Position numbers and translations under genes: made by a program. A stretch of 47,970 nucleotides of DNA, the filler included, from Porpidia crustulata (lineage: Eukaryota): the NCBI GenBank assembly GCA_964255105.1. It is 2 parts of 2 records of this genome, joined end to end, with 100 filler letters (N's around TTAATTAATTAA, not from the genome) between each part and the next. Parts side by side here need not be neighbours in the genome. Positions count along the whole stretch, not along the records: positions 1 to 23,964 come from CAXUWE010000065.1; 1 more part is not named here. One strand, given 5' to 3'. Below, piece after piece: positions 1 through 12,813 of this stretch (within the stretch, counting starts at the first letter, position 1; every line of letters begins with the position of its first letter). The notes beneath the pieces are model-generated. The model ran no database searches, had not been told where the DNA came from, and worked only from the letters and a program-made list of their open reading frames with translations.

Positions 1-539
1 ATCCCTCCTAACATCCATCCATCACCATTCAGCCCGCTAACCCCTCCACCCACCTACTCTAATTCAATCTCATCCCCATATTCCGGACAGATCGAAAATC
101 GGTCAAATAGTCATTTATTGCCGTAGTTGAATGGAGTGTGTGAACTTCGCCTCGCGTTAGCATGCGATAAATACTACCGGATGGAAATTTTTTTGGTTTA
201 GGTAGATCTATCGTCGTCATCGCCATTGGTCGCCCCTCTCTCTTGTCGTGGACCGAGCATGATCGAAGGAAAGAGTGTCTACGAGACGATGTAACGATTA
301 AATCGGTTGGAAAGCCGAGATCGATTTCATTTTCATCACCTTTACGATATATATCGCAAAAACGACCGAAACTCCCTCACTCGTACAAAATATACCGAGC
401 CAATACCATTACACCCCCTTTCAATGTCTCTCCATCTCCTCATACTACATCTAGACAAACCACTTCACCAACTATACACGTTCAATAGCCACAAAAACGT
501 GCCTGACCCATCACTCGTCCCGGACCACCAGTCCAACAC

Positions 540-2346
540 TCATATCGGACTCCCATTGACCTTGAACGGGTGCGCCTCCGTGTTGAACACGAACTGGTTC
601 TTCCCCTGATTCTCCACCTGCCATGCCGCATCCTGTTGGATTTGATCAGTAACTCGTGGTCAATTTTCCGCTCATCACGGGACGGAAATGTGGCACGAGA
701 CTTACGGGCGCGTGGATTAGATACGAGTACTTCATGACTTCGGCGAATAGGAAACTCTCCTGCACGTTCTGGAATCCGCCGCCGCCGACCTGGTTGACGT
801 CGTTGATGGAGCTGAAACCGGAACCGACGCGGGTGGTAGCGTTGATGGCGACGAAGGCGTCCCAGGCCCAGTCGCGGTACATTTGATTCCCAGTGGCTCT
901 GTTGGATGTATTAATGTGCTGTGACTAGATCATTGACACAAGGTCAGTGGATATTTACCTGTATGCATAATAGAAACTCTCCAGAACCTCCGGACGTAAA
1001 ACATATACTGAGTCGGTGATGTAGAAACCCGATTTCTGGTAGAACGCGGCCTGAGTGGGGTCGATAGTTGACGAGTTCCAGCTGAAGCTCTCGGGGCCGA
1101 TCATGGTGGCGGTGCTGGTATAGGTGTCGTGACATCCGTTGACGAGTGCGAGGCCAAAATCAATGTATTTCTGTTGTTTGAGCACTTGCCCTCCAAGGAT
1201 GAAGTTACCGCCATCGAAGCAGGTCAAGTGCTCGGAAGAGTTGACAAAGTTTTGATTTTCGAAAGAGGCCAAGAACGTCAGATCGGGTCGGGAAGACGGG
1301 TGTGAGGTTAGATACTTGATAGTCGAGTCTGCGGCTGCGATCCAACGATCTCTGTACTTGCCATACTTGACTGAGTCGTAGACGTACATCTTGATTAGAT
1401 ACTCGTAGAAACTGTCGTCACCACCGTTCCAACCTCCAGTGGCATCCAAGAATTGCCCGGATTGGATATCAATATTGGAGCCGACCAGTCCAGGGAATGG
1501 TTCCGAGGTCGCAGGTTGCGGGTTCAGGAGATTCGACTCCGCCTTTTGCGCGAGATTGCCGTACTCCGGGTTCCCTGTCAAGTCCGAGAGATGCTGCCAT
1601 TCGAGGACAAGAGTGCCAACGGTGGCAAGACCGTTGGTCGTTCCACCGTCCGTGGTCTGCGAATTGATGATGAGCCCATTCGAGGGAACACCTGATTTTG
1701 TGTTGAAGCTATACTTGAGGGTATCCCCCAGCGTCGTGGCTTGTTTTAGCAGGGTGTCTACTTGGGTCATGTTCCGGGCTAGTTTTGGTAGGGGACCCTT
1801 TAAAAGATCATAGCCAGCCAAGAGGCCGCCAAGGTACCGAATAGTGGTTTCGAAAAGACTAACTGGGGTACTAGTCTTTGCGAAATCAATCGTGGGAACG
1901 TAAGTCAAAATTTGATTGACAATAGGCTTAATCTCCATCACAATTGCCGTGCTGTGGAATTTTAGAGAATAAAATCTATGAGTAATCGTTCCGCGGGGCA
2001 TCACCTCAGAGCGTCCACAGCGGTCGCCCCCCAGTTGTTCCTGGGGTTATCGCACGTGTTGGTGACTGGCAGGAGTCTGTCATCGTACTTTAGATATTGA
2101 CCATGGTTGAATATCGGGAGCTATGACATACTCGTCCTGGCCCTTGCAGTATTTGAAGTATCCATTCCACGCAAAGGTGAACGCAGACTTGACGGCGTCC
2201 GCTCTTTGCCTATTCAGCGCAGGATCGTCAGAGCGGCTGGAAGCTGGGTCGCGGACCCGTAGCTGCTCATTGTAAACCATGCTCGAGGCTGGAAGGGCAA
2301 CGGCCTGTGTAGCTACCAAGGCTAATGAAAGAATTGAATAACGCAT
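540..2346 (-). CDS. msdS: Class I alpha-1,2-mannosidase (GH47), secreted MsdS/MsdC type; 5 exons
   Basis: ATG at 2346 followed by a signal peptide ([19 protein letters not shown]). GH47 motifs [71 protein letters not shown] and terminal FNTEAHPF; stop TGA at 540-542. GT..AG introns join the ORF pieces. Confidence 0.93.
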
Positions 2347-5300
2347 AGTGCAAGTATATACCAGAAGTGATAAAAGACAAAGATGGAGAGAATTCAAGAA
2401 TCTTCCTAAGGATGGAACTACTGGGAGAATGAAGCGTGAGCGACAGCTCGAAATAAGGGAATATATGTAGACACGAGATAATGGACAGGCTTGAAGTGGA
2501 GTCAAGAGACATTAGGTCAACAGATCCCGTCTCGACAGTAGCACTGCAGGCACTTGGTGCGCCAGCATGTTGGAGGGACATTTCGAGATTCCTGTTTGGG
2601 CTCAGAAAGTATAATAAGCTGGCTGCCTGACCGCTCGAAACGCTGGATTCGACGATGCTCCATAGTATGTGCAAGAGCAGACATGTCGTGAAGAACGTGG
2701 TGTAGCATGGTAGAGTGGTGTTTGGTGACAATATGTCATTTGGCTTGCTCCGCTGACGATAACCCTAAGCTCCCTCCCGGCCTAGCGGTGTGCATTTCCC
2801 CGCAGTCTATATTTGCTGCAGAGCATAGAGAGAGCTGTTCTTCGGGTCTGGGGTGGGTCAGTCATCTGCCATCTACTCGTGGTAGAAAGACGATTAAGCG
2901 CCGCAGAATAAGTGTTTGTCTTCTCTCCGTTCGGTTTGCCAAGATACTCAGGAGGATGGCGAGGTAGACATGTGCTAGCCACTGGTACACCGAGTGCAGT
3001 GCCCTTTGCAGAGCAGAAAGCCTGGACTACCATTTGCACCACTCGTGGGTTGGAGTGACTTGCAGCCTCCAAGTGGGTGGAGAGATGAGTCCACTGGAGG
3101 AACGGGATGCAGTGCGACGGGAGGGTAGCTTCTGTGACCTGCATACATGGGGAAGGTGCGGCGGTAGTCGTCCACTAGCGCCAACACCAGTATCATAAGG
3201 TGCTCAAGCTTTTTCTTGTACAAATCACCTACCGTCCTACCTCTCCACTACAGCTGCATGAACAATCGTCTATTTTAGTGTCCGCTCTTGGATCAATCCC
3301 CACCCGTAGAGTGCTCGGCACTCCGGATCCTCTCCCCTTATTCAAGTGCGGCTTCCTCGCCCCACGACCGTAAGTCATTCGACCGAGCTGCACTCCTCGA
3401 AATGACATCCCGGCCGTCAAGGTGACAAGTCCAGATGATCCAAGGTCTAGTGTATTGCACAAGTTGTCGTGTTATCACGATTCCTGAGATTGTCCACGGT
3501 GCATTTATCCTCTCAGGATTCCTGGCTCCGCAATCAGGAAACTTGGACTGACGGAGGCTGTCAGGGTTCCACGAGAAAAAGTTCATCACACGTTGGAGAG
3601 GTCGAGCGTGCGGACAGGGTGACGTGACACCCATTGGGATTTGTGCGCGCCGAGACAAAAGCTTAATCAGACTTCGACTCCGCATTTAGCAACTAGGTAT
3701 CTGCTACACTGAGCAGAGAGATTGTACATGTCAATGTTGCAGAACAGCTGTGCATGAAGGAACTGCAACCTGTTGATCGTGTAACGATGTCAATAGTATA
3801 TTGTACTTGATAGAGGTGAGAGGTAAGGTAGACCCATCGACGTGGTTGAGGGGTAAGTGGCAGTTCATTCGTTGTCGGCATTCGATGGGCCGAGGGCTAG
3901 TCGTGCAGACGACTGCGTACACATGAGACACAAAAAACAGTCGAACGAACCACTTCTATGACGAGTCTTCCTTGCTTTGCATCCTCCACCAGGTTGCAGC
4001 TACTTCGATGGGGCATGGCCTGCGTTCCCAGTATCGATTCGCTGTCCATAAAGCAGGATCGCTGCAGATCCTACGGTAACCACAATCACCATAAATTCCC
4101 GTATGCATCTCGATAGCCGTACCGGTCAATCAAGCCGGCTTTGCTGCAAGTGTACTGTTGTTGCTTATAGACGGCGTGAAGACGGAGCTGGCCCTGACTT
4201 GCGTTGAAGTATGTGAAGGAGAGAATTGGCGCTACCAGAGCTGTCTGGTTACTCTTGCTTGCCAGGCGGATTCAAGTCTGGCTAGATTCAACGACACCAG
4301 AGAATCGATCATGGTAAAATTGAATTAGCGCTTGTCAAAGATCTAGAGTGTAAAGCAAATATTGGACAACGCGCAACGATCGAGGCAACGGGGGGCTACT
4401 AGACCAACTGTCGCCGTTTAACTGGGGCTGAATGGAATCGGAGAGACCGTCGTAGTGACGGCCGAAGCGGTACTCAATGAAGCGCTGTTGCTGATGGCCA
4501 AGACCGAGCTTTGGAAGATGGGAAAAGCTACGACAGTTGCAGTTGACGTGGTGCATATAACCTGGGTGCCTATCGAGGCTCGCGTGGAAAAGGCATTGTT
4601 TGGACTGGACTGTTGGCCACTGCTAAGTATAACTTCGATGCGGCACTTAAATGTATAAGAGAAGCGCCCTATGGTGTATTCTGAGCACTCAGTAGTGTTG
4701 ATGAAGCGTCTCGCGCCTGAATCCGTGCCGACAAAGGGAGCAGGTTTTGGGCCTGGATCATTTCGTTTTATGTAGATGACTGGGAATCTTGTGCCGTACA
4801 GTATCAAGACGTTTAGGTTTGTAGATTAGAAGTTTTGATCTCAATGTAAGTAAGGTATTTGATATCATAGAGACAAGTTCCTGCGTCACAACCGCTTGAG
4901 TAATCCTACGAACCTCTCACATGGGAGCGGCTCCGAAGAGTCGATTGGATTTCAAATGCCAATAAACTGCTACTTACTAAGGTTCGGTTGCGGCTAGAGC
5001 AATATTGTTCGCGAGCGGTCCAGACGCTGAGACTGTAAATCGTCGATATGGTCGACATTATCCGAATTGATACCTGTTTACTGGATTTCGCGATGCTGGC
5101 TTAGAGACTAACGGAGTTTAGGCAACCTGCCTTTTGATCATCACCACCCCTAGTATCGCATATTGTGATGACCAGATTCCATCCGATAAGTGAATATGGA
5201 GAACAAATCCAGACAAAGGCGGTTATAATCTTTGAAAAGCATAAATAAACATCAAGATTGGAATAGACATGACGTAGAGCGAAGGCTGCCAGATCAAACT

Positions 5301-6081
5301 GCAGCGAGCATATCGTATAGATGAAGTATTGTATACATAGAACATAAAAGAGGGATGGAAACATTTGAGAATACTGATGATATAGTATCATGCGCAAACG
5401 AATCCCCTTAGCATGCAGACGCCTTTTGCTAGCATGTGGGCCGCGACTTGGATTGCATACCATGGTACTAATTACATCCCCCCAGCGTAGATCAATGTAT
5501 GCATGGGAAAAGGGTTCGAAGAACGCTGAAGCGTACCCTGTTCGACGGCCCAAGTCATGATCGTAGACAACCTAATATGCAGTCAGGTCCCACAAAGGTG
5601 GTATCGGTACCGTATCTGATGTAGTACCCGGCTGTTAATCTGAGTCGGGAGTTGGCATTGTCGGTGCGACACTCTAAGTGGACGAAGAAGGTATTTTGCT
5701 CTTCGAATTCCCCGGGTCCAGGAATTGTAATAGATCGATTCCTCTCGTAACGATCTAGGCGGTGAGAGCGGTACCAAATTCTCTCGTTGTGTAGGTACAG
5801 GTCATGCGTTTCTTAATAGGAGTAGGTAACATGCTTCCCTTTGTGGAGGCGGATTCCTACAGCCACCCAGTTGGTGCGACGGAGCTAATGCTTTGCCTGC
5901 GATGGATCTTACAGGGGTAAGTATCATTCCATATCGTAGATAGTACTTGAGGTCTTATTCTTATGATAAGATAGTAAGAGCAAATTTGACATGGTCTTGT
6001 GAACCACGGCCGCTCGTAGATTAGCTGACAGATGCATATTTGATAAATCCTATACCTGTTTCCTACCACATTCTATATGGC

Positions 6082-6742
6082 TCAGTCTTGACCATCCCTC
6101 TCGGTCTTCAAAGCCTCCATCTTCTTCCTCGCCTGGCGCAAGCTCTTGAACAGGCTAACATCCAATGGCAGCTTTTCACCCATCCAAGTAGCCCGCTGCG
6201 TGTGATCCCTCTCCTCCTCATCCGTGTTTGGATGTACCAACGCACTCAACGGGCCTCTGTTGATCACCAGCCAGGGTATGAACGCGCCAAACTGCACGGG
6301 GGTGAATAGATTGACTTCGAACATCGCCGCTGGGTGCGGTCCAATAGGCCTATCCCAAACTTTATAGATCCGAAGTTCGGGGAACTCCCTACGGATGCGT
6401 TCCCACAAGGCAACGGCGAATTTGACCTGCTCGGGGTCATTCTGTCGGAATGTTTAGCATTGGGTCTCTTCGACGGCGAGGTGCTCAGACGTGGAAGAAA
6501 TATATGTGGATATCGAAGCCACCTCGCTTGCCATTGTTGATGGGTGACACGAAGCTTTTGTACGAGTTACTGAGGACGTTGCTTGACGGATTGACAAAAC
6601 TTTTGCCGTCGCTGCTTTTCTCGCTAAAGCTTCGTTAGGCGCGAGACGACATCTCGTCGCAATGCACATACTTTGGGAGCGGTGGCAGACTCTCGTAACC
6701 CTCGAGCGGTGATGGGTAGCTGTACAATGACGGATCCGCCAT
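6082..6742 (-). CDS. DOPA 4,5-dioxygenase-family (DOPA_dioxygen) protein; 3 exons
   Basis: Spliced reading MADPSLYSYPSPLEGYE...GGFDIHIYFFH...ALWERIRREFPELRIY...PIGPHP.AMFEVNLF...WL.INRGPLSALVHPNT..E.RDHT.RATWMG. These are the His-containing motifs of this family. Confidence 0.88.
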
Positions 6743-8231
6743 CGCTATCAGATTAAAACTATAATCCTACTTAGTTTTATCGTAACGAAGTTTGCGATTT
6801 TCAATTGCGGCCTGGGATAGATAAACGCGACCCCACCTCTTTAATCGGATGCTCTTTCCTAGCTTTCTGGGACGTGTTGGCGTGCCTTCGAATACTCGGA
6901 AGTTACGCCTTTGAGTAGATGTGAGCTGTTCACAAGCAATTCAGAGAAATCGGATTTTATCATTCATGTAGTAGTGGATAGTGTAAACCTCATAGGACGC
7001 GTCCCTACATTACGAATGGCTGACAAACTCTCATTTCGGTCATTCCATCGCGCTGACAGTGCTTTGAAGTTGAAATTATCATTTCAAGTTGAGACATCAT
7101 CATGGATCAATTGGTGGAGTTCTACCCTACCACCACGATAATCCGATACTAGCACATTTCTCATCCAAATGTATGGATGGAATTTTAGTTACCACTCGTA
7201 ACTACATCCAGCCACCAAACGCAAGTCCCCGCTAGATGAGACTTGAAAGAAGAGGAAACATTATTGTCATGAGCTGTTGTCAAATCCAGCGAACCGGCCT
7301 TGTACGACATACCTTACCATGTCTGGCGATCTCCGTGCCGCTATGGCAAGACCGAATATCAATAAATGCTTGTACCAGTTCCCGGATTATTTAGCTGATT
7401 TAGAGTGCAATGATTGAGGGAAAAGCCAAAGAATCATGCCGCGTGGAGGACAATCATATTGGAATTCGAGACTCACACTGCAAAACAAGTATCTCGTTTC
7501 CTGCAGTGATGTATCTGCTAAGCTTTGATGCTTTGGAGAGAGATATTCTAACGATGAATAGATTTTGATACCTTTAGGCCCCGGCATTCAAGTGGTCATT
7601 ACTCATCGATAATGACGGAGAGAGTCAACTATATATTCTCAACGATTGATAATATTGAAAATGAATGAAGAAACGGTCTGATCTGACTCTTATTAGGAAA
7701 TTTGCCGCAAATGAAATTTGTTGCTTTCATCTTTTCATACTGATAGGGGTGAGAATACTAAACATCAAGAATAGGAAATGTATGACGGAATTTTCTTGAT
7801 GGACTTCTGGCAAATATGGATACGAATCGATTACTGTGAACGGGATTTGAAACCAGACTCGAGATAACTATTCGGATTCATGATTTACGATTTTTGAGTA
7901 CTGGCCCAGTCGATCTGTATATAAGTATAGACTGGCCCCTTCTAGGTGTCGTTGAAACTTTGACATGATGCATAATTTCGTAGCAGTATGTATGCTTGTA
8001 TGAGGTTGGCTGTGTTTGCCGACTTGTGTCAGACCAAAAATTCTTGGAATATTGAAAAATTAGTGAGGCAAATACCTTTATTATTTGAAAAAAAGACACC
8101 CAATCTTCAAATCGTCCATGATAACGCATATATCTAATAGAGTCTCATCCACAAAAACACACCGCTTGCGAAAGATGAGCTCTCATAACAGATTTCTAGG
8201 TTCCGCCTCACCAGCAAACATCCTCACCCTC

Positions 8232-8738
8232 TCAATGATGCACCCCCGTCTGATTCGACGCGTTCCTCAAGCCCGAGCAACCATCACAATTCGAACAGTT
8301 CACGCAGTCCACGCAGTCGTCACAGTTGGAACAATTAGTGCAGCGCGTGCAGTAATCGCAGTTGGAGCAGTTCCTGCAGCTTTTGCAATTGTCGCAATTT
8401 GTGCAGTTGTGATAATCTGTACAGTTGTCGTTGTTGCTGCCGTTGGCGTTTACGTCCAGAAGGAGCGCAGCCGGAGGATTAAGGGCGTAATGGGTTGCAG
8501 CAAAAGCTGTGCCGCCGGCCAGTAGCAAGTAGCTCAGAATGGGGTTTGAAATCTTTGAGAAGGCGCTTTTTTGATTCTTTTGTAGCCTTGTTAGGCTTAT
8601 CGAGAACGGGCGAGGGTGGTTGCTGTTGTAGGTATGCTTGTATGATCCCTTCCAATAAATCAAACAACGGTGACTGGTCAGACGAATAGCTCTGAGTCCT
8701 TGGTAGGCCGTTTGACACATTCTGGATAGGATCCTCAT
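8232..8738 (-). CDS. Cys-triplet (Cxx)n repeat protein with putative mitochondrial presequence and transmembrane segment
   Basis: 168-aa single ORF. The N-terminal ~90 aa are Arg/Lys/Ser-rich and lack Asp/Glu. A hydrophobic segment (ILSYLLLAGGTAFAATHYAL) follows, then 16 Cys spaced every third residue. Confidence 0.7.
   Translation of the reverse strand: MRILSRMCQTAYQGLRAIRLTSHRCLIYWKGSYKHTYNSNHPRPFSISLTRLQKNQKSAFSKISNPILSYLLLAGGTAFAATHYALNPPAALLLDVNANGSNNDNCTDYHNCTNCDNCKSCRNCSNCDYCTRCTNCSNCDDCVDCVNCSNCDGCSGLRNASNQTGVHH
8277..8423 (-). repeat. Coding tandem repeat: 9-nt (Cxx) unit with 36-nt (12-aa) super-period
   Basis: CTD YHN CTN CDN CKS / CRN CSN CDY CTR / CTN CSN CDD CVD / CVN CSN CDG CSG. 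Synonymous codons vary (TGT/TGC), so it is not a simple microsatellite. Confidence 0.85.
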
Positions 8739-9446
8739 ATGTGGTGGGAAGATGGTCGTAGTTTATGATTTGAGCAAGCCCTGGAGAGCGCCTTCGACAC
8801 CATGACGTCAGTTGGCCGAGCGCGTTGGAGATCCACAACCGTGAGGGTACAGAAGGACATTACACTACTTTTGATGATAAAGACATTGGCCCTTTCCATT
8901 AGGAGATAGAGACATATGAATGTTGTCCTACCCAGTTTAGACTACGCGGATGCCGAATCAATCGGCAGCACATGGCAGAGGTGATTCCGTTGTGATTGGG
9001 ACAGGTTTCTACGTCATTGAGGAATGTATGGTTTTGCTGCAGCTACACTTTTGATAAGGGCCCAGCGATCTGGCAATGGAGATTGAGTCGTTTAAAAATT
9101 TGTGTATGTAAGCCTGAGTGGCTGCCTTGGTACTACAAGATAGCTCCACTATCACTGGCATCATGTCAGCAGCTAGATTACAATGGACAAAGACACTATT
9201 ACCGATTATCATACGCTCCATGTAGATCTGTCTTCCTCCGCACCTCATTAAATCTGGCCGGGAAGTATCAAGAAATGTGCTCCATGCTCATATCCTATCT
9301 TCTCTCGCCGCTCCATCTCGATCTATTCTGCTAGATCGCTTGCGACCTTCGCCTTAGATATCCAGTAAGTATTAAAGCATTTCATAGCAATTGCCATATT
9401 AGACACGCCATCACACTTCATAACCATTTGATGGGGTCTACATTCC

Positions 9447-11162
9447 TCAAACCGCGTTTTCTCCAAAATGCTTCGCCGTCCGTGACTCCTGGGTACCCTC
9501 TAAATCTTTTAGACATGGAGCGAAGAGAAGACTCCCATTAGCGAGCTTGCGTACAGTCCCACAAGCGACCATTATCCAAAGTAGTGTCACGGCAATTGAA
9601 AAGACCTAAGATCGTTCCCGTGTTAGTTTCATTTATGTAATAATCCCATTTCAATTTACTCGCGGTTGTGCGCAACCAAGTATGTTTCTTAGAAGACGTA
9701 GGGATGCTCATACATACCGTACCAAGCACGTCGAAGAATATGGATGGGGTTTCTTTCCCCAACGTTGTCGTTGAGATGGTAAACACACCCAGTGGGAAAG
9801 TGAAACCCCACCATCCCATGTTGAAGGGAAACTTGCTGCGACTGATACTGGCGAGCGCGAAGAATAGCCAGACAACGCCAAAGCCCCACATAATGAGCGC
9901 CATCAACCAGCCCATGACGTATAATATCTCACCAGCATTTCCGGCGCCTATGACAAGGGTATGAGTTTTTGGAAAGGTCTGCAAAGCCATTTTGCCCAGC
10001 TGCATGATTGCAAAACCGCCTTGTCCCAAGGGACCTAGTGGAAGGAAGACGGAGACAATGACCTCCCGCGCAGGTAGCTTATGCACAGTAAGGCGATGGA
10101 AATAAATTACCAGGACGGCCATAGCAAGAGGAACACCAGTACCCCAAAGGATGTATGACACTATAACGGTCCATAGCGCGTGGGTAGGGTTAGGCAAGAT
10201 TCCTGCAACAATACCCCCGGACGCTGCTGCAACGATGGGTACAACAATTGGTAACAGCCAAGCGGCTGTCATAGTTGAGAGCTCACACTGGTGGAGGTAC
10301 ATACTGTGATAGAAGCGATGAGCTGATCAAGTTATCTTTGGATAGATGCAGCAAGAGGAGTCGGCGGAAATACGTACATCACAAATGGTAGGTAAAAGCA
10401 GGTGAAGACGGCAACCACGGCGTCCAACCACCACAGCGCCCAAGCCTAGTTGTTTTAGTATATTGACTTGGGTAATAGCATGTAGATCCTGCACTTACCA
10501 GATAAACAGCCCGAGGCCCCCAAGCTGGAACGCAAACAAAAACAACCATGTTGACAATTGTAGCGAGGCCCATGGGAAAAGTGCCAAGAAAGAGTGATTG
10601 GGTTGGATGGTGAATCATTGCGGACCAGATCTCGGGATAGACTATGTAGCGCAGGATAGAGATGAAGAGAAAAAGGTTGAAAAGCAATACATTCAGGGCA
10701 AAGATGACCACGGACAGCCAGTAGAGCCAGGCCCCATTATAGGGTAAATTATGGAGTAGTATCGATACAATGCCAGTCCCCATAATAACCGAAAACCAGC
10801 TAGAGGTGATTTCAATTAGTCAATTCCTCTCGTAGGTCGTAGGTACCCAGATTTCGTGATCAAAGGTCTCGGCGGGGATACATCAATATCTGGACTTACG
10901 AAGGAGTAAAGTTCCGGATAACTTTCCTCCAACCTCGTTGCTGATCCATCCTACTGCGCAACTCTTTGGCCTCTTGTTCACGAAATTCGGCATCCGATGG
11001 CTGGGGTCTGGGATCTGCATCGATGTCACATTCCGTCTTCACCGCTACGGGTACTCTGAGTGGATCTTGAATTGAGCCAGATGTACAAGATGAACGGTTT
11101 GCATTATCCTGATCAGTGATGCAGTTGGCCTGGCTGCAAGTGCCTGCTGCGGAGGGATCCAT
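9447..11162 (-). CDS. ssu1: Ssu1/Mae1-like TDT (SLAC1) family sulfite/dicarboxylate exporter; 4 exons
   Basis: RNFTPS|WFSVIMGTGIVSILLH.LPY, QSLFLGTFPMGLATI, MTAAWLLPIV..IVAAASG, IVSVFLPLGPLGQG, FPFNMGWWGFTFPLGV and C-terminal LFAPCL; TGA at 9447-9449. Confidence 0.9.
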
Positions 11163-11328
11163 CTCAGCTTCGGAGTATTATCCACTGTGGATCGAGGTGG
11201 TGGTGTACAAGAGAAAGTGAGGTGGTCGCGCGACATCTTCACGATTATTCATATGGAAAAACTTGCATCTCTCCGCTGCCACGCCCCATGGGCAAAAATA
11301 GCGGAGAAGAATGAGCGTATTATCGATA

Positions 11329-11601
11329 TGAGGATTAAGTTTTAAAGTCGCTGAAGAGCCGTAGGACTAATCGACGAGCATGAAAATCACGTAAAGTCAA
11401 TATTCTGAGTACATTTTATCATCATTCGAATTACATTTGCGAATTTAAAACGCATTTGCAGAATAAATCGTATGTTGGAGATAAACCTCCGAAAGTTTTC
11501 GAACTCTTATAGTGTTGCACGAGACGTGGCGAGCTTTGCAATGTCGTCGTATCTAAATCTGTCCCTTACGGCTCTTCAGCGACTTTTGAGTCCGACCCTC
11601 A
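11329..11601. mobile_element. MITE-like element (~270 bp) with ~35-bp terminal inverted repeats
   Basis: Perfect 20-bp inverted repeat AAAGTCGCTGAAGAGCCGTA at 11344-11363 / 11567-11586. It extends outward to TGAGG ends, with mostly transition differences. TA dinucleotides lie at 11327-11328 and 11603-11604. No coding capacity. Confidence 0.7.
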
Positions 11602-12813
11602 GTAGTCAAACTAATTGGGCAAGGTTCAACGATCTTCACAGGGTCCAATTAAATTGCGTGAATTCCTACTCGGCTCAAAATAGTGGGAGTAACCCTAACC
11701 CTTGGTCAGCTGACCCGTTGAGAACAAGTAATCCATCGATTCTAATCCTCGTCTCATCTGATTTCCTTGACCCTGATTTGCCGTTCCCCAAACATTTAAA
11801 GAGCGTCACTTATTGAAGTCGTTCCGAACTTCAAAACCGCAGGCTCTTTCTAACAGTTGGGAGGCTACGATGTCACGATTGATACTACCCCAGACTGTAA
11901 AGTTCGTTCCTCCAATGAGTTGATAGCAATGCTTCTCTACAATATAATTAAAAAAGATCACGATGTCTTCGACACAAAGTACAGGACAAGCACGAAAGAT
12001 GGCGCGTCTTTGAACTGAGGGCGGGCTCTCGACGCTGACGGGAATATTGAGACCGGAAGCATTGTTTGTCTCCATGAAGCGCCCGAGTCTTCCAATGTAA
12101 CACCAGTTGATAAAACGACACTCTCTACAGAATAATTGACGCAGCTGCTATAATAACTGTTATCAGGTTTCACCTTTTCATCCCAATCTCTTCGTCAATG
12201 TCCGGTCATACCACGCAACAGAGGATCCTCGGTGATGACGTTGGACCATCTTTGTTATGTCTTGCAGCTGATACGTCTGATGGCTGTACGTCAGCGGAAC
12301 ACGTTGGAGTGACGTGAAGGTGATCGGGAGGAAGATGAGACAGGTGTGACTTCAATGAGCCGCTGCTGTACGGAGGGACACGATCCTCTTGGTGCATCAC
12401 AACAGTCTGGATGCAATTGTAATGCTGAATTTCACCGACTTCAATTTGTATTAACTTATTCCCATTTACGAACAACCCTACATCAGACAGTAGCCTATAC
12501 AATGATCCACAGTCAGCATTTCTGAATACCTAATTCATCTCTTATTATTGGATTCCCTAAGAGTATTATCTCTATTTCATAGACATTATCGACTCCTCTC
12601 TACGGATGTGTGTCCTGGATCTTTTCGGCTGGCTGGTTTCTGGAGTTGTAATAGTGTTGCAAATGGAGAAGCTGGGTAAGATGGATCTATGTAATTCGGG
12701 TTTGATACATTTCGAAATGGAAGATTGGGAGTCCAAGTATGGAAGATTCGCAGAAGTGAAAGACTTGGCAGAAGTCACCTTTGCTTTGAGCACGGTCTTT
12801 GGCGATCATTCTC

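Noticed and set aside
1..130. Apparent intron end (CTAAT...CAG at 90) and short terminal exon of an upstream plus-strand gene
   Set aside because: Only about 12 codons and the frame is undetermined; it cannot be assigned from this window.
8085..8525. Plus-strand Val/Ala-rich repeat ORF
   Set aside because: Antisense shadow of the Cys-repeat gene.
11690..11702. TAACCCTAACCCT telomere-like motif
   Set aside because: Only two units; expected by chance.
11610..12800. Short minus-strand ORFs between the MITE and the MFS gene
   Set aside because: Protein-like fragments but no recognisable motif or consistent splice model.
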